Assembly (NCBI GenBank): GCA_030704615.1
Contig: CM060731.1
Location: 40,238,001-40,302,000 of the forward strand
From: Takakia lepidozioides
Lineage: Eukaryota > Plantae > Bryophyta
Length of the DNA: 64,000 nt
Direction of reading: 5' to 3'
Under the pieces are notes generated by a model. The model was not told the DNA's origin, made no database searches, and saw only the letters and a list, made by a program, of their open reading frames with translations. This document shows, in pieces, positions 41,559 to 55,416 of this stretch. The translations under genes were made by a program, and so were the position numbers. Numbering within the stretch: position 1 is the stretch's first letter; each line of letters starts with the position of its first letter.

Positions 41559-44500
41559 CTCTCTTGTTTCTCTCTCAAACACACGCCACACACCCAACAC
41601 GGAGCCAGCTGCTGAGACTCTTCGTGGTTAACTCTTCTTCTCTCTGGATTGTGAGTTTGCAAACAAATTCGAATTGAGTGATGCTGCTCTCTACCAAACT
41701 CTCTCCAAAGTTCCGTTTGAGCTTGCCTACAGCTTCAGAATCTCCAGAGGATATCCCTTTGCAAAACTTTCTTCCATTTGCACTTAGCCTCATAAATATC
41801 ACCCATTGCAAGACCCTCACTCTTGAACCAACAGATACTTAGATATTTTTTCCTTGTTCTTTTCTTTTTCCACAAGAGGAGCCACAGGCCCTCATAATTT
41901 TTTTTCCCTTGTGAACAAGGACTTTAGATTGACATGAAGAAAAAATAACCTTGCAAGAGCATGAGGTGTACGAGATATGGGAAGCTCCCCAGACAGTGCC
42001 CTGCCAGGCAGGCTGCAAATGACAATGGGGGCCCAGAGAAGAACACAGAAAGGCATGCTTTTCTTCTTGGAGTACACTCCAGGACATGGTTAGTTTTTCG
42101 GTGAATTCTCTAAGCATGAGGAGGTTTGAAGTTATTGATTTTGGAGTTCCTACCATTTTATGCTGCCAATTAGTGTCCTCCTATGATCCATATCTGACAG
42201 TGAATAAAGTGCGAAGTCCAGAAGGGATGGGGGTTCAGTTTTCATCATCAAAATTTAACAGAGGTAGTACGCATAGTACAATCTGCAGTACACGAGTCGG
42301 AGAGGCAGTCCACAGTGGAAGCCACAAGTTCAACTGTTTGCTTGTCCAAGGCTATGCACAGATGACCGGTACCTGGGTTTTGGTTAAGGTTTGCAACCAG
42401 TAATGCGTGCAGATTGTGTCTGTCGGATCAAGAGCCTGCCCTGCAACCCAGGTGTTGGGTGTTGTACATTATGCTTAACAAGGAGTTCTTTCCCTGTGCA
42501 GGTCTTTCTGCTTGTCTCTCACAAATACTTCCGGTTGTCAAAAGAGTTGTTAATCTTTCCAGCCTTCTAAAATCATATTGGATGTACAACCCCATAACTA
42601 GCCGATAAGGTTCCGAGCAATCTGCCTTGATTTGTTACAAAAGCTTGTGGGGGGAGTCCTAAGCAGTTGCACAGAGGCTGTGGCCCGAAACAGCATGCTT
42701 TGATCCCCCAACAGTGCAGGCCGAATTTGTTGTGAAATATCCTTAGTTCCAAGGTGGGCTCGTCCATCTCTGCCTGTGTTTCTGGTCTGCTCGTCATTCA
42801 TATTCTGTCCCTTTGGCGATGCCGGTAAAATATAAAGAAATGCTGACATCACTTTCCCCAATCTTGGTTCTCAATTGCCCTGACAACATAACTGCTGAGT
42901 TCTCAACACTGCAGCTGAAACCACCATCTCCATCAAGTCAAGTTTGGTGAATGGTCTCTAGAGCTCTCGCTTTTCTTCCATCAACCTCCAGGCGTTCTTG
43001 GCTGCAGGGCCAAGTGTTGTTCAAGTTTGATAAGACAAAGACTACGAATTCGCTCAAACAAGATTCGAGGAAGTTGGATCTCAAAGGGAAAACTTAGTCC
43101 GCCCAAGAGGGTAGAATCCAAACAGTTGTTGACAAAGAAACGAACACCCTATGCTGGAGGCACCTGGTGCGTTAGTTAGAAATTTGGAGACGTCGCAAGC
43201 AGGGAGGATGATGAGGATGACAGCTCGCAAAGAGTGCCATCACACCTCTACTTATCCAGCCTTTTGTGGTTTCTCAGCAGCGTCAAGGGTAAAGGCTTCT
43301 AGCTAATTGAAAGATGGGTTAGTACTCCACTGATGTAACCTACAATATTGTCGACAGGTAAACAGCAAACAAAAACAAGTCAGACTCAAACTCGTAGATG
43401 CCTGAGAGAGCGACAAGCACAGAGAAAATTCCAGACGTAAAAGTTCGTTCAAACTTAGCATATGCCATCTCCGAGTTTCTTCGTTATTGGACCTTTCTTT
43501 CTAAGCTTGTAGGTAGCAGGTGCCAAAACTGAAATGTTTCAGAGACATCAACCCACCTACAAGTCAGATCAGAAAGAAAGCCCCGATACTGTAAAACTCC
43601 GGAAGATGAATTACATAACAAGTAGCAGCCAGAATGGTATAGGCACAAAACAACTTCGAGACGGGTTAGGAAATAGAAACTGTGGGCGCGTTGTAGAGAG
43701 ATGGCTTCTGTGTCCATCCAGACCCACACCTCGACAGCTGAATCTTTAGATTCGCAATGAATTCACCGGACACTGAACCCATCTTTTTAGTCAAGGGATG
43801 TCCAAGAACATCCGCGACCCCTTTCCTGCCGTGGCCAACCACAACCACTCCAGAAATTCCTTCGTCGGCAGGATGTTCAGAAGCACATGTACATCAAATA
43901 TCATCCCGCAAATTGTCAGATACACAACAAGAGGTACTCAATTTAGCGCCGCGCATCTGAGAGTGCTCATCGTACGTTCGCAGATACGTATTCCCGCATA
44001 CAACTCATGAGCAAGTCCTAACTCAGTCCGACCAATGCCCTCTGGGTGTAGCAAACCACAGCGATCCGATGGTGCTTTCCCCCAATCCGCAAAAAATCTC
44101 TCCTTCCCAACTTCAATTTAGAAATGAAGATTCCAATCCTGGACTGACATTCGAACCAAATCCCTTTACGAATTCAAATGAATTGTGGGATCTCATTATT
44201 CTAGTCTCATGGGACGTATCCGCAGTTTGAATTGAAATGACGAGCGCCCAGAGACAGGCACACTGTACTTCAGCCACCTGTTGTCACCGCCCATTTCCAA
44301 CCATGGGTCGGAATGCCCGAATCCCGACGATTCCACATTACTGAACATCGTCTGTGGCAGCCCCAGCCGAGCATCTGTGTAGTCGTACCTTCAGAGAAAC
44401 AATCAACGACATCCAAAAAAAAATACATTCGACTCAACGGCATCGAAATGCTGAGACTAGCCTCTACATCTGCCATTCCTTCCTCATTTCCAGACTCAGC

Positions 44501-44683
44501 ACCAAGTTGCACCCACAGCACCATCCTGCTGAAGGTCCCCACTGCTATTCGGATCCCACTTTGGTTCAAGAAAGCACCGCATTCTTCGTCGCAGGAAGAC
44601 GCATGACAGAACGCTGCAAGACCTGTGGTGGAACCATACAGTGTACACAGAAACAACGAAGTCAGAGAAAATAAAAACACCCG

Positions 44684-44715
<32 letters not shown>

Positions 44716-46415
44716 TTGACAGAATACACATCTCCACAACTCCAACTACATAAACTCAGAAGAGAACAGAATGCTCGAGAAGGAAGAAGAACTCAAAAAG
44801 AGAATGGCTGCTTCAAGACCTCCTCAACAAACACACAGACAGACAGAGGACTCACACACAGCTCACAGTGCACAGATAGTTTTACCTCATGGTAATAAAC
44901 GGCACCTGCCAGTAAAACGCAGGCATCGACCACACTCACGCTAACGTTCGACGACCGGGCCGGTGATTCACCCGCTCCGTAACTCCGCTGCCGCCCGTGT
45001 ATATTTACAGGGCACCGGCTGGAGCCGGTGGACCCCGGCAGCCCGCCCACCGGGCGGTCTTCAGGCCCCCAACCAGGCCACCGGCTGCCGCCAGTCGTCC
45101 CCGATGAGGGATCGACGGGCTACAGCGCGCGGCGCCCTCGGGGCTTCCTCACGATCTAGGGCTTCCTCCTCCTCTGGCCTACATCCACCCCTCATCCATC
45201 CACATCTATCCTGCCGCCATCCCCCCCTCATCCGCTTCCCCAACGGATGTGGAACATTGTGACGACAAATATAGATGACCTCATTCATCTCCCAAAGAAT
45301 GGACTCCATATTCTCCATATTTCGTGTTTTTATATTTATCATATTCTCTTAAGAAATAAAAAATAAATGACAGATAGTATAAAGGTCCTGTCGTGGGGTG
45401 TGCGAGTGCCGCCTATCACAAGCAACGCCAACTTGCCCCACACGTGTGCTTCTGGCAATCTTATCGTGAACTCCTCCCCACGTTCATCTCATCCACATTC
45501 ATCTCTCCTCGTGGATGAAGGATACGATGAATTGTTTGATTGTTATTTTTGGATATCTAAAAATAAAATGAAGAGTAAGTTAGTGGGACCTTGGAAAAAT
45601 AGATAAATAAATATTGAAAGATAAGGCTGAGGCGTGGGTGCGTGGTCAGTCCGGGAGTGGCTTGGCTTGGCTACCTAACTGTGTTGCACATCGATATTAT
45701 CAGCTTCCGGAATCCAGTCCGTCATTTTGGTGAGGTGTATGTGTCGGTTTGTACATCATATATTGGACGAGAGAGAGAGGTGCGCATTATTGGTAGAGGA
45801 GCAAAGAATCTTGAGGAGTGCGGTTGGTTGCCATATTCTCGCAAGCTTCCAAGACCACCGCTCACACAATTTGTGGTGTAAAGATGCACACGAGATGTGT
45901 GACGGCCGACCACAACTCGCTTACATGCCCAACATACTTGGCTTTGGGCCAGTTCTCGCGGACAACTTCAAAAAATAATAGATCGGCCATTGTGACGACT
46001 ATCAATGGTCAATATAAGGTTGTTGAGCGATTGCTACAAGAAGGTATTGACTCTTGACAGTGTCAAAGACACTGTAACGTCTACGCTTCTCCTCCTCCTT
46101 TCAGTGCCAAGTCTCATTTGCTAAGGAATTGTTCTCAAAGAAAAAAAGTGGTATTTTTTCAGGCACTTTGTGATTCCGGTAGGCCTTGCAGTAGGTTGTG
46201 AGACAGAAATGCTGAAGTGGGGAAAGAAATTGAACGTAAAATTAGCCACATTAGAGCATTCAGAGCCTCGTGGTTTCTGGAGGAATGGACCAATTTCTCC
46301 TTGCGTTGTCTTTCAGGGTGCTGTTGTTTCAAGAGATCAGAATGCCCAAAGTTTATTGGTTTGCAAAAGATTGTCCCATTGGAAAAGTGAACTGACAGAT
46401 GCTCCAAATGTAGTG

Positions 46416-46581
46416 AAATCACTCTCCTGTAGTTTCCAAGGCCACACTACCTGTGTGGTATTTGCAAATCCATGAGCCAGGGATAGTCAGAGACCTGTCT
46501 GAATCACTCTCCTATTGTTTCCAAGGCCACTACCTGTGGTATATGCAAATCCATGAGCCAGGGATAGTCAGAGACCTGTCT
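46416..46581. repeat. Imperfect 2x ~83-bp tandem duplication
   Basis: aatcactctcct...tttccaaggccac...gcaaatccatgagccagggatagtcagagacctgtct occurs twice. Confidence 0.9.
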
Positions 46582-47296
46582 TCAGATCTTGCTTGGTTCA
46601 AGTGTGACCAACTTCCAGGCGTTGGTGATATAGGTAGGATATTATCTTATAGATGCAATCAACATACACATGAAGAATATTAAGTTTGGTGGAAATCCCT
46701 GTCTGTAACATCATCCTAGCATGTTTGCACGAGAAGGAACAAATGCAGTTCAAAGCAAGTCGAAAAGAAACTTGACCATGCAAAATAATCTGGGTGGCCA
46801 AAATTATACACAGAACAGAAATATGCATGGTGGCATCACTTGATCATGTACACAGCAAGATCAAGAAAGTTGCATCAACACCAAAGCAGAAGCATGCTGC
46901 TAGCATATCAGGAGACCAAACCACTACTTTTAATGTACACTGAAATCAAGTGCACCTGTCTCCTCCTATTCCAAGCCCCCTCTATTCAAAACCTAACTGC
47001 AATGACATTTACAAGAACAAGTCTTCCTGAAAAATCAGAGGAAAGCTGATTCCAAACCTTCCTCTCCTGAAACAAAGCACACAAATGCTTGTATCAAGAT
47101 CCCATCAAAAGCGACTTGGCACTATTCCTATGCATGACTCTGCAGAAACGGCAGCTGTTCAAAGAACAACTTGGATGATCAATGGGACAAAGAGCTATGC
47201 TAATCTTCACAATAACTAGGGGGGCACCCCATGTTTCTGCTGGTGAAGAGGCAACAGCTAGAAGTTTGTTACCATAGCTGTGAATTCCAGCTTCAA

Positions 47297-49013
47297 TTAG
47301 TCTTCTAAGTCTTCATCCTCCTGCAGCACAAGGCCAACAATCAGCAACAAGTCAACCAAAGAGCAACTCGTAGAGTGACAACAAAGCCTAGCATCAGCAG
47401 ACAACTTCAAGGACACAGCTTACTGTCAACAAATTGGACATACCTCTTCATCCTCATCATCATCATTGATCTCTGACTTAGACTTATCAGATTCCTCAGG
47501 GCTTGCTTCCTCCTCCTCTTCATCCTCCTGGAATACAGGAACCACAAAGTAAACATCATTTATCTCAAAGATAAATGACATCTGGCCTTCGAGTGGTACA
47601 AAAAGAAGCCGTGTAAAATAAGGAAAGTATTTGATAGTACCTGCTTCTGCTTGTAGGCAGCAAGGGTCTTATCATAATCAGACTTTTTCTGTTGTGCTTT
47701 AGAAATGAAAGGGGCCTTCTCCTGCAGAATCAAAATAGCCTCAAATCAGACATCTCCACACACATCCACCCAAACCTTCAACAAAGACAAGATCAAAAGT
47801 ACATCAAAGAGTATAAATATAACAGATGTGCTACATGTTCCCCACGCACGCCTGAGATGAACTTACTGCATCAGACATGTCCTTCCACTTCTCTCCTCCA
47901 GCCTTGCCCACCTGATCAAATGAACCTCGGTCAGAAGCCAGACCACCATACGGAGAATGATCTATATCTCTCTTTCACTTCCACTAACTCACTACATGGT
48001 AACAGGAATGTTCCTGAAAAAGATCTTACATGCAGAATCAGAGATGCATAGCGAAAATAAATGCTACACGACACATCCAGAAAAGAACTGATCTAGAAGC
48101 GATTTGCTGGCTGTTATTACGAAGTAGGAGCAAATTAAACAAAATGAGCAGATCAGAAGTGTATGAAACAACTTACCATAGCTACACCCTTGACTTCAGG
48201 ATGCTCCTCCTTGAATGATTTTCGAAACTCATCCCTGAGTACCACCATCAGGAATACTCATCAGCTCTAATTCTCTGACTTTTCACTCTAATGGGATTTG
48301 ACGGTGTAACCCGGCCACATGAGCCAGAATAGGGGCAACGGCAGCAATTCTAGTATAACGATCATGCTTCCTAGTATGACGTCCATCCACACACGATCGA
48401 AACCGAAAAAATGAAAGTAAACTGGGCTACGGTCAAAAGAGCGCGAGCGGAAATGTGATATGAACCTCAAGCCGGTTCCGGTATATGCATGAAAGCTAGA
48501 ACGATAGCCTTCAGCGGATGTCATAGCAACGTTCCCAGAAGCCTCTCTCTTTCTCCCTCCCTCCCTCTCTCCCGTTCAGGAAGGATATAAGATATCTTCA
48601 TAACCACTTACAGGAAGATGAAGAAAGCAGTAGGTGGTCGCTTGGGAAGATTGGGGTCCTTGAGAGCTTTAGCGGCCTTTTTGGATGCTCGTGACTTCTT
48701 CGCCTTTGGTTCTTTTACAGCTTTTCTCTTTTTGATGTCCCTGCAGCGCCACATCCAGTATGATCCGGACAAAACACTTAGATTTCCGCCTCTAAAGAAA
48801 ACACAGCTTTGTCCATACCACTCAAAGACATTGCAATGGCATCGAGGGACGTACAAGTAGTTCAAGCAAGGTACTACGAGAGAAACAAACATGCACAAGT
48901 TCTCTGGAAGCTTGATAACAGCAAGTGACATACTTCTCTTCGACCTTCCTTGGCTTCTCCTTGACATCTCGCTTTGCCACTGTTGCACCCTTCTTGCCCT
49001 TCGTGTCCTTCAT
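47297..49013 (-). CDS. HMGB: HMGB chromatin protein (basic N-tail, HMG box, acidic tail), about 7 coding exons
   Basis: KDPNLPKRPPTAFFIFL|DEFRKSFKEEHPEVKGV..|VGKAGGEKWKDMSDA|EKAPFISKAQQKKSDYDKTLAAYKQKQ|EDEEEEEASPEESDKSKSEINDDD. Confidence 0.96.
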
Positions 49014-50899
49014 CCTGGCTACCTGAGCGCAACATGAGGAAAAAGGCTCGATCAGAACACAAACAGCACCTGAAACTACTCGAGGTGAAAAAATTCAACT
49101 AAGAGCATCCAGACAACAGAACACTCGTAGACACATGCATAGCTACTCAGACTACGAAATTTCCATCAACTATGGACAATAGCGTCTCCTCCACACCGCC
49201 TGCTTCCATCCGAGCTACGAGTCAGCCATCCCAATCCTACGAGCAAGAAAACTCAACAAACCACAGCAATACTGCACACATTCGGCGGCCGATCAATCAA
49301 ACTAATTCCAAAAAAACAAAGCAAGTGCAGAGCAGCAAGAGAGGCAGGAGCGAAGGACGGACCTTGAGAGAGAGGAAGAGCAAGGGGATAGAGCGCGGTC
49401 CAAGGAGGAGAGAAAGCGAGGATGAGCAAAGAGCAAGGGGCGAGGGTTTGCAACAAGGAGAGCTGGGAGGCGGAAGGAGGCGGCAGACAAGGCCCTGACC
49501 GGCAACCGGCTGGCCACCCGTGAGCGAGCACCGGCGCCTCCCGGCTCAGCCGGTCGTCCCCTTTGGGCAAACCGGTACTAGCACGCTGCGGCCCCGCTTT
49601 CAAATTTTCAAATTTTGCTCGCAAATTCAAATCCTAAACGTCGTTTGAAGCCCCTCCGCAACGTCGTTTCCCGCCTGCAATTTGGCCGAGTAAAAAAGAT
49701 TTCACCGCGCGGCTTCCTCGGCGGCCGCACGGCGCTGCTTTCCCTGTAGCTGCGGCCCTGCGCCGTGCACCGCGCGGTTTGGCTGTGGGCGGGAACTTGC
49801 TGCTGCCATGCCCGCGCAGGTTCGAAACCCCGCCCTTACCTACCCGCTATTTGTTTTTTAGCACAATCTATAAGAATGGGGTGGGACTATCCGATCGTCA
49901 CCCTCTAAAGGCTCGGGAGGAGCAGAAGAAATTAAACACTTGTGCCTTTGTCCCCTTTTATACTTTTTTTTTTCCACCTCCCTGAAACACCTTTTTTAAT
50001 TAATTTGAATAACAGTCCCCTTTCACAAAAATTAAAAAAAAATAAAAAAAACTTTTAAATAAAAAAGCAAAGAAAAAACAAAAACAGAAAACAGAGGAAG
50101 AAGCCCTGGAAATGCATTAAAAATAGGGGGATTAACATGTGGAAAAAATCACCTTGGGCGCGTTAGGAAGGCGAAACGTACATGGCACTACCCAAAAACA
50201 AAGAGAATGAAAGAACATGCAAGAAACAATGAGTGCAAGACACGAAGCCAGGAACAGTATAGATGAACTTGCGCCAAGGCATATTGAACAATGTCAATCA
50301 GACATCAAAGCCATTTTTCAAGATGAAAGTGAGACTTGGAGACATGCAGCTTCTAGTGGCACTATTCTGACCTCCAAGTCCTCAGCAAAAGATCTCCAAA
50401 GCAAAAGGAAAACATCACATCCGATAACTCTCGAGGAAGATAGTGTGAGACAAGCACATTGTCTTTGCCCCATGAGGCGTCAAAATCAACAAAAAGCTTC
50501 TGTTCCATGTCCTTATAGCACTTGGAAAGAGCTACAATCAATGACATCCAAGCCTTCCATCCTCCAATCATCGAATCGACGTAACTTTTATGAAATATCA
50601 ATTTGTTGTCGTGCGCATACATCTCGCTACATAACTACATTGTTGTCCATACCACGCAATAAATTAGTTTGCGAGTTGAGCCTCCTGCATCTCACTATGG
50701 TGCCACGGTATGGAGTCCCCATAGTTTGGGATGCACTTGGCCTGATTTTATTTCATGAGTGAAGATTTTGATATGTAGCTTATGGATGTTTGTAAGTGTA
50801 CTTAGTTTTACTCGAAAAAGATAAGCCTCTCTGGGACTCTGGGACTGCCATAAAGATAATTAACCTCACAAATACCTTATTTAACATTTGGGCCAAATT

Positions 50900-53240
50900 T
50901 TAAGTGCTAATATATAAAAACTACTTATTTCCTAGTCAGTTTCACACTAGCAGTGAAATTTACTCCATGCGGTATGAAGTCTGTTGGTGACATTGCACGC
51001 AAGTCTTCTAGTGCTTGGTAGATTGTGCAATCAGGTTCACAAATATTCACAATTTGTGGAATGGTTGTGTGGCGCTTGTTGAAGTTGTTGAAGCCGTTCT
51101 CTGTCAGAAAAGTGGCCTCTGCTTGAAAGCTAGGTGCGGATTTGTAGCGCGGCGAACGCGTTGGTGAGAGAGAAGCTGATGGTGGAGTGGTAGCAGAGAT
51201 AGGTGAATGGGACACTGAGAGAGGGCACGGAAGGAGAGAAGGAGGAAGGGGTTTGATAAGAGGAGGGGTTATTAAAGAAAGACATAAAGTTGTCACCTGA
51301 AGAAACAGGATGTTGAGCTTAATAACACGGCACCACACCTGGAAATCACCATGAACTACTCAAGATCATCCTTGTTTTGGCACCTTTGCCTTTCCTCCCA
51401 ATGTCTTCTTAAAACAGTTTTCCAATTGAAATGCATCGTCCCCAACCCACTTTCTGTTCCGCTTGGCAGTAAAGCATCGAGTATCCAATTGAATGCAATA
51501 TCCCAATTTTGTTGTAAGCAAAGACTAAGGAGTGGGATGTGGTTCTCCATACTCACTCGGGTCAAGTTGAAAACTGTACAGGGGTAGGCCAAGGAACCAC
51601 GAAATATTCATAGCCCACTGTGATTCCATAACTACATGCAAACAATGATTTGCCACACCCCCTATCAATAACTTGAATGTGATGACATTGCACTTACAAG
51701 TGCACAAAGGATTAGCAATCTGCAAGGAACCACAATGGGCCGCCTTAAAAGCCACACCCTGAACCCTCTTATCATCATGTGAGAGAACAAAAATTGTCTA
51801 AGAAGAGAAATCCGAAGTGGCTATCCAAGCCGGCAAATTAAAGAGGACGGGGAAGTTACCAAGGATTAGAAGTAGGAAAATAACAGTCCCGCGAATAATT
51901 TCCCAGCTAGCCACAACGACACTAACTTGTGAGCCCAGGCCGTGAACTTGTGAGCCCAGGCCGTGAACTTGTGAGCCTAGGCTTACATTCGCAATTCCGT
52001 TTGCAGACGATTCTGAAGCAATTGATATAGGGGGATAATAAAATCTATCATTCTCAGGTTTTTCTATACCTGTTGTTGTTTAACAATCCCATCAAAGTTT
52101 TGGACCTAACATACAGGTTTTTTTTCATCTCCTCAACATTACAAGAACCCTGAGTTGTCGGGGTTGTGATTGACATTCTGGCAACAACATCGCCATACTA
52201 GGCAGAAGTTTAATGCAGTAAATAGAAACGGATCAGCTTCGTCTTTCAAGTTTTATCCAAGCTTTTCTATTGTTCTTTTCATGTATGTGGGACTCAATCC
52301 CACGGTGGTAAATTTGTCTCCCGTCAAACCAAATAATACTCCATGCTTGCAGAGGAAAGAAAAAGTGGCCCCATTTAGCACTAAGCTTAGAAGACAGAGA
52401 GTATTGGGGCAAAAGGAACTTGTAACCAACTTAGCTGAGAAGGAGAAGAAGGGGGCTGGTTTTTTCTCGATAAGCCACGCCCATTCCACTGGGTCCCCAT
52501 GAGGGCTATTTTTTGTGTGCGACTTGGATTGTTCTTCTGTCACATATGTGGTCGGGCTCAATCCCGCGAATAGGTCTGTCTCTCGCGGTAATAGATCCAC
52601 AAGCTTGGGCACACATGAGCTTGGCCAAGTTTGCATCGTTTCCAAGCTCACGATCTAGCATTCCCCACCGACACAAATATTGCACATTATATTGGAGAAG
52701 GAACGACAAAGATGTAGTTGTCTACAAAGCTCTTGTTTTTCCCAAATGTTGATAATATGGGAGAAATCACTTCTTCTTAGACCACCCAGAAAAGTGGTCG
52801 AATTGATGTTGAAGTTGCCAAAGAGTAGTTGACATGAGATGGCTACTGCATAGGACTCCGCCATTTGTGAGTACTTAACCAAGGACGGACACACAACCAA
52901 GCAGTCCAAATAGAATTACACAAGAAGGAGCCATATACACATATGCAATATCCACCTACGCAATCCATTAAATGAAGGGGCTCCATATGTGAGAGGACAT
53001 CATGGGGATAAAAGCCATTAGGTGTAGTTTGATCAATATCTAACACCATGGAGCGCAAAGGATTTGGGGATCCATTTAGCCAACAATGTTTGATCTGTGT
53101 CTGGTCCAAAATCCCAAACCACAATTCGATTTCTTGATGCACAAGTGAGCCCAAGACCCTCGTAGCCTCCGAAGTAGCCTATCATCAATATTGTTTTGAT
53201 GCTCTTGATAGTGGACAACCTAGGGGACCAGATCGATGTG
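50900..53240 (-). mobile_element. Highly decayed retroelement-like coding relic, possibly the 3' half of an L1
   Basis: A chain of short minus-strand ORFs with W/C/H-rich patches reminiscent of the zf-RVT region, and no splice structure. No diagnostic motif is intact. Confidence 0.25.
51926..51982. repeat. 21-bp minisatellite, about 2.7 copies
   Basis: aacttgtgagcccaggccgtg repeated. Confidence 0.9.
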
Positions 53241-53588
53241 GAAAATACCAGATGGAAGCAAACAACAACATGAAGCTACTAAACAATGCTATGAAACTAA
53301 AAGAAACACAAATAAAATGGAAGCTGCAACACCCATGCAAACAATGAGAGCACTAAGTGCAAGAGAAGAAAGGGGGACAATTCGTAGACACTACTTAAAG
53401 AGACAAAACTTCTCAATCATACAAAACTTGGCAATGAACGTCATGAATGGAACTCCCGACAATCCGGAAATTGAGACACCATAAAAATGTAACATCTTAT
53501 TAGCAGAGATTGGAATTGAAAAATACATAAGAACCACAAATAATAATAATAATAATAATAATTGACGCCTCCCGAATGTTAGAACCAC

Positions 53589-53730
53589 ATATATATATAT
53601 ATATACGCCTCCCGAAGGGAGCGTAAATTATGGAGTCTCTTCACCACAAGGGCTACTGCCTTCCAACTGAAAAGTGGACACCTTCATGACAACCAGACTG
53701 TGGTTTGAATCCACATCCAACAACGTGGTT
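53589..53730 (-). mobile_element. tRNA-SINE copy (diverged)
   Basis: (TA)n tail plus cgcctcccgaagggagcgtaaattatggagtctct...agggctactgccttcc, shared with 54588-54742. Confidence 0.75.
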
Positions 53731-54244
53731 TGCTTCAAATTTAGAGTGTAATGTACACATCACAGTCATTAAAAATAAAATAAAAAACTAGTTTAAAAAT
53801 TAAAATAAATAATAAATAAATAACAGGGGATAGTGTTTAGTTTTATTTGCTGATACTCTTGAACATCTACTTCAGCAATATTTTTTTCTAATGGCATAAA
53901 CTATGTCCTAATCATATTGTTCTACAAACACGTGAGTGGACACATCATCCCGAACACTAGAATAATACAACACATGAGGAACTAATGAGTTGGCTTAAGG
54001 GTGTAGGGACATCAGGTCTAAATTTAGCTGGAAATAAAAGGCTTAAAATTGAATGCAGAATGCTACTCCCTCAGACTTAGTACTTACCATGTTAGGTTGA
54101 AATTATAATCGATATTAAGTTAGGTAATGTATGAATCATTGGTCTCAAGTTAGGCACTATCTCCCAACTAAGATTACTTCTTACATAAATTAGTCTAGTT
54201 TTGAGACAAATAACGCTTATTGAGGGCCACTTAGTGAAAGAGGA

Positions 54245-54400
54245 TAGCATAGTGGTTGGCACATAATACCATTTCACTAGTGGTTATGGGTTCAAAATTG
54301 CATACATGTGTTGTATGTGACGAAGGCTTCCACTTTCCCAGGGAAGGAAGTAGTCCTTCGGGGTCGAGTCACACCATAAGTTAGGCTTCAACAAGAGTCC
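54245..54400 (+). mobile_element. tRNA-SINE copy (diverged, opposite orientation)
   Basis: A-box-like tagcatagtgg, B-box-like gggttcaaa and body ggaaggaagtagtccttcgggg...acaccataa. Confidence 0.65.
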
Positions 54401-54587
54401 ACATTTAGAATAAATAAATACAAATATAAATCATTGTCTAACATAATAAAACTTAGTCTTTGTAAAATAATAGGGGAGTATGGAAAGTGTAACAAACATA
54501 GCTCGGGTCATTACTTATGGAAAAACAACATAGAGAGTAGAATGTAGAGGGTTTTATCTTGGGTCGTAAATAGACACGTGTTCCGTG

Positions 54588-54742
54588 TATATATATATGA
54601 CGTCTCCCAAAGAAGTGTAAATTATGGTGTCTCTCCCCGAAGGGCTACTGCCTTCCGCAACGAAGGTGGGTACAACAATCAGTGGATTGAACCCAAAATC
54701 ACTTCCGAGGTGGTATGTACCGATTACCATTGGGCTACAACT
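54588..54742 (-). mobile_element. tRNA-derived SINE (about 155 bp) with a (TA)n tail
   Basis: The minus strand has A-box tagcccaatgg, B-box ggttcaatcc, body ggaaggcagtagcccttcggggagagacaccataatttacac and a (TA)n tail. Confidence 0.8.
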
Positions 54743-54764
54743 TGGTTGTCATGTTGAGTATACA

Positions 54765-54910
54765 CTAGGGCTTCGCGTTGCTCCGCACTACTAGTGACGA
54801 ATTCTGAGAATTATGTTCAATTTTTCACAAAAAAAAGGGTGGGTCATCCCCACGGTGTTACATAGATCCCGTGTTTTGTTTTTATCTGGAAGAAAAATGG
54901 CGGATCTGCA
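54765..54910 (-). mobile_element. Helitron-like 3' terminus, copy 1
   Basis: The minus strand ends ...gtgcggagcaacgcgaagccCTAG followed by T. About 120 bp are homologous to 62373-62510. The hairpin stem is weak. Confidence 0.45.
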
Positions 54911-55416
54911 TTTCAACATTCAATTTTCACAAGCCACATCAATCAATAACAACATACCCAAATACCCTTACATTCACTATATGAACTTTCAAGCATCCAC
55001 CATGGGATTGGATCTTGGTGGGTTAAGGCTAGCTTTTGACAATATTCATGCAAGTTCATCGAGGGCTCCATCCAAAGCCACACCACGAGAAACAAACAAA
55101 CATGTCCAAATTTAAGATGCTGAACAAACTTGTGCACAGGGCTGCCCCTCTCATCAAGCTCATTAAAATTCGTATTCACTTCCATCTTCAAGCTTTGGAG
55201 AAGCTCCACCACCCAAACCCAGAATTAGGACAGCACCAGAATCAGTAAAAAAATCACCCCTTCAGTCAAGCGCAATTGTGGGCTGACTTCCCACCTATGC
55301 CGGGTAGACCCCACTATCAGGTAGACCCCACTATCAGGAAATGGTGGATGGTCTGAGTAGCTACACAGATCAATGAATGAAGCAAGACACTAGCATCTTT
55401 CCAAGAAAACATCCTT

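Noticed and set aside
42665-42690. Gapped similarity to miR536 on the minus strand
   Set aside because: It requires two gaps and mismatches, and no star strand is seen.
45140-45650. Possible MITE (tcatccatccac versus gtggatgaaggat)
   Set aside because: I could not define terminal inverted repeats or a TSD.
54660-54745. tRNA gene
   Set aside because: A and B boxes are present but there is no cloverleaf. It continues into a repeated body and TA tail, so it is a SINE head.
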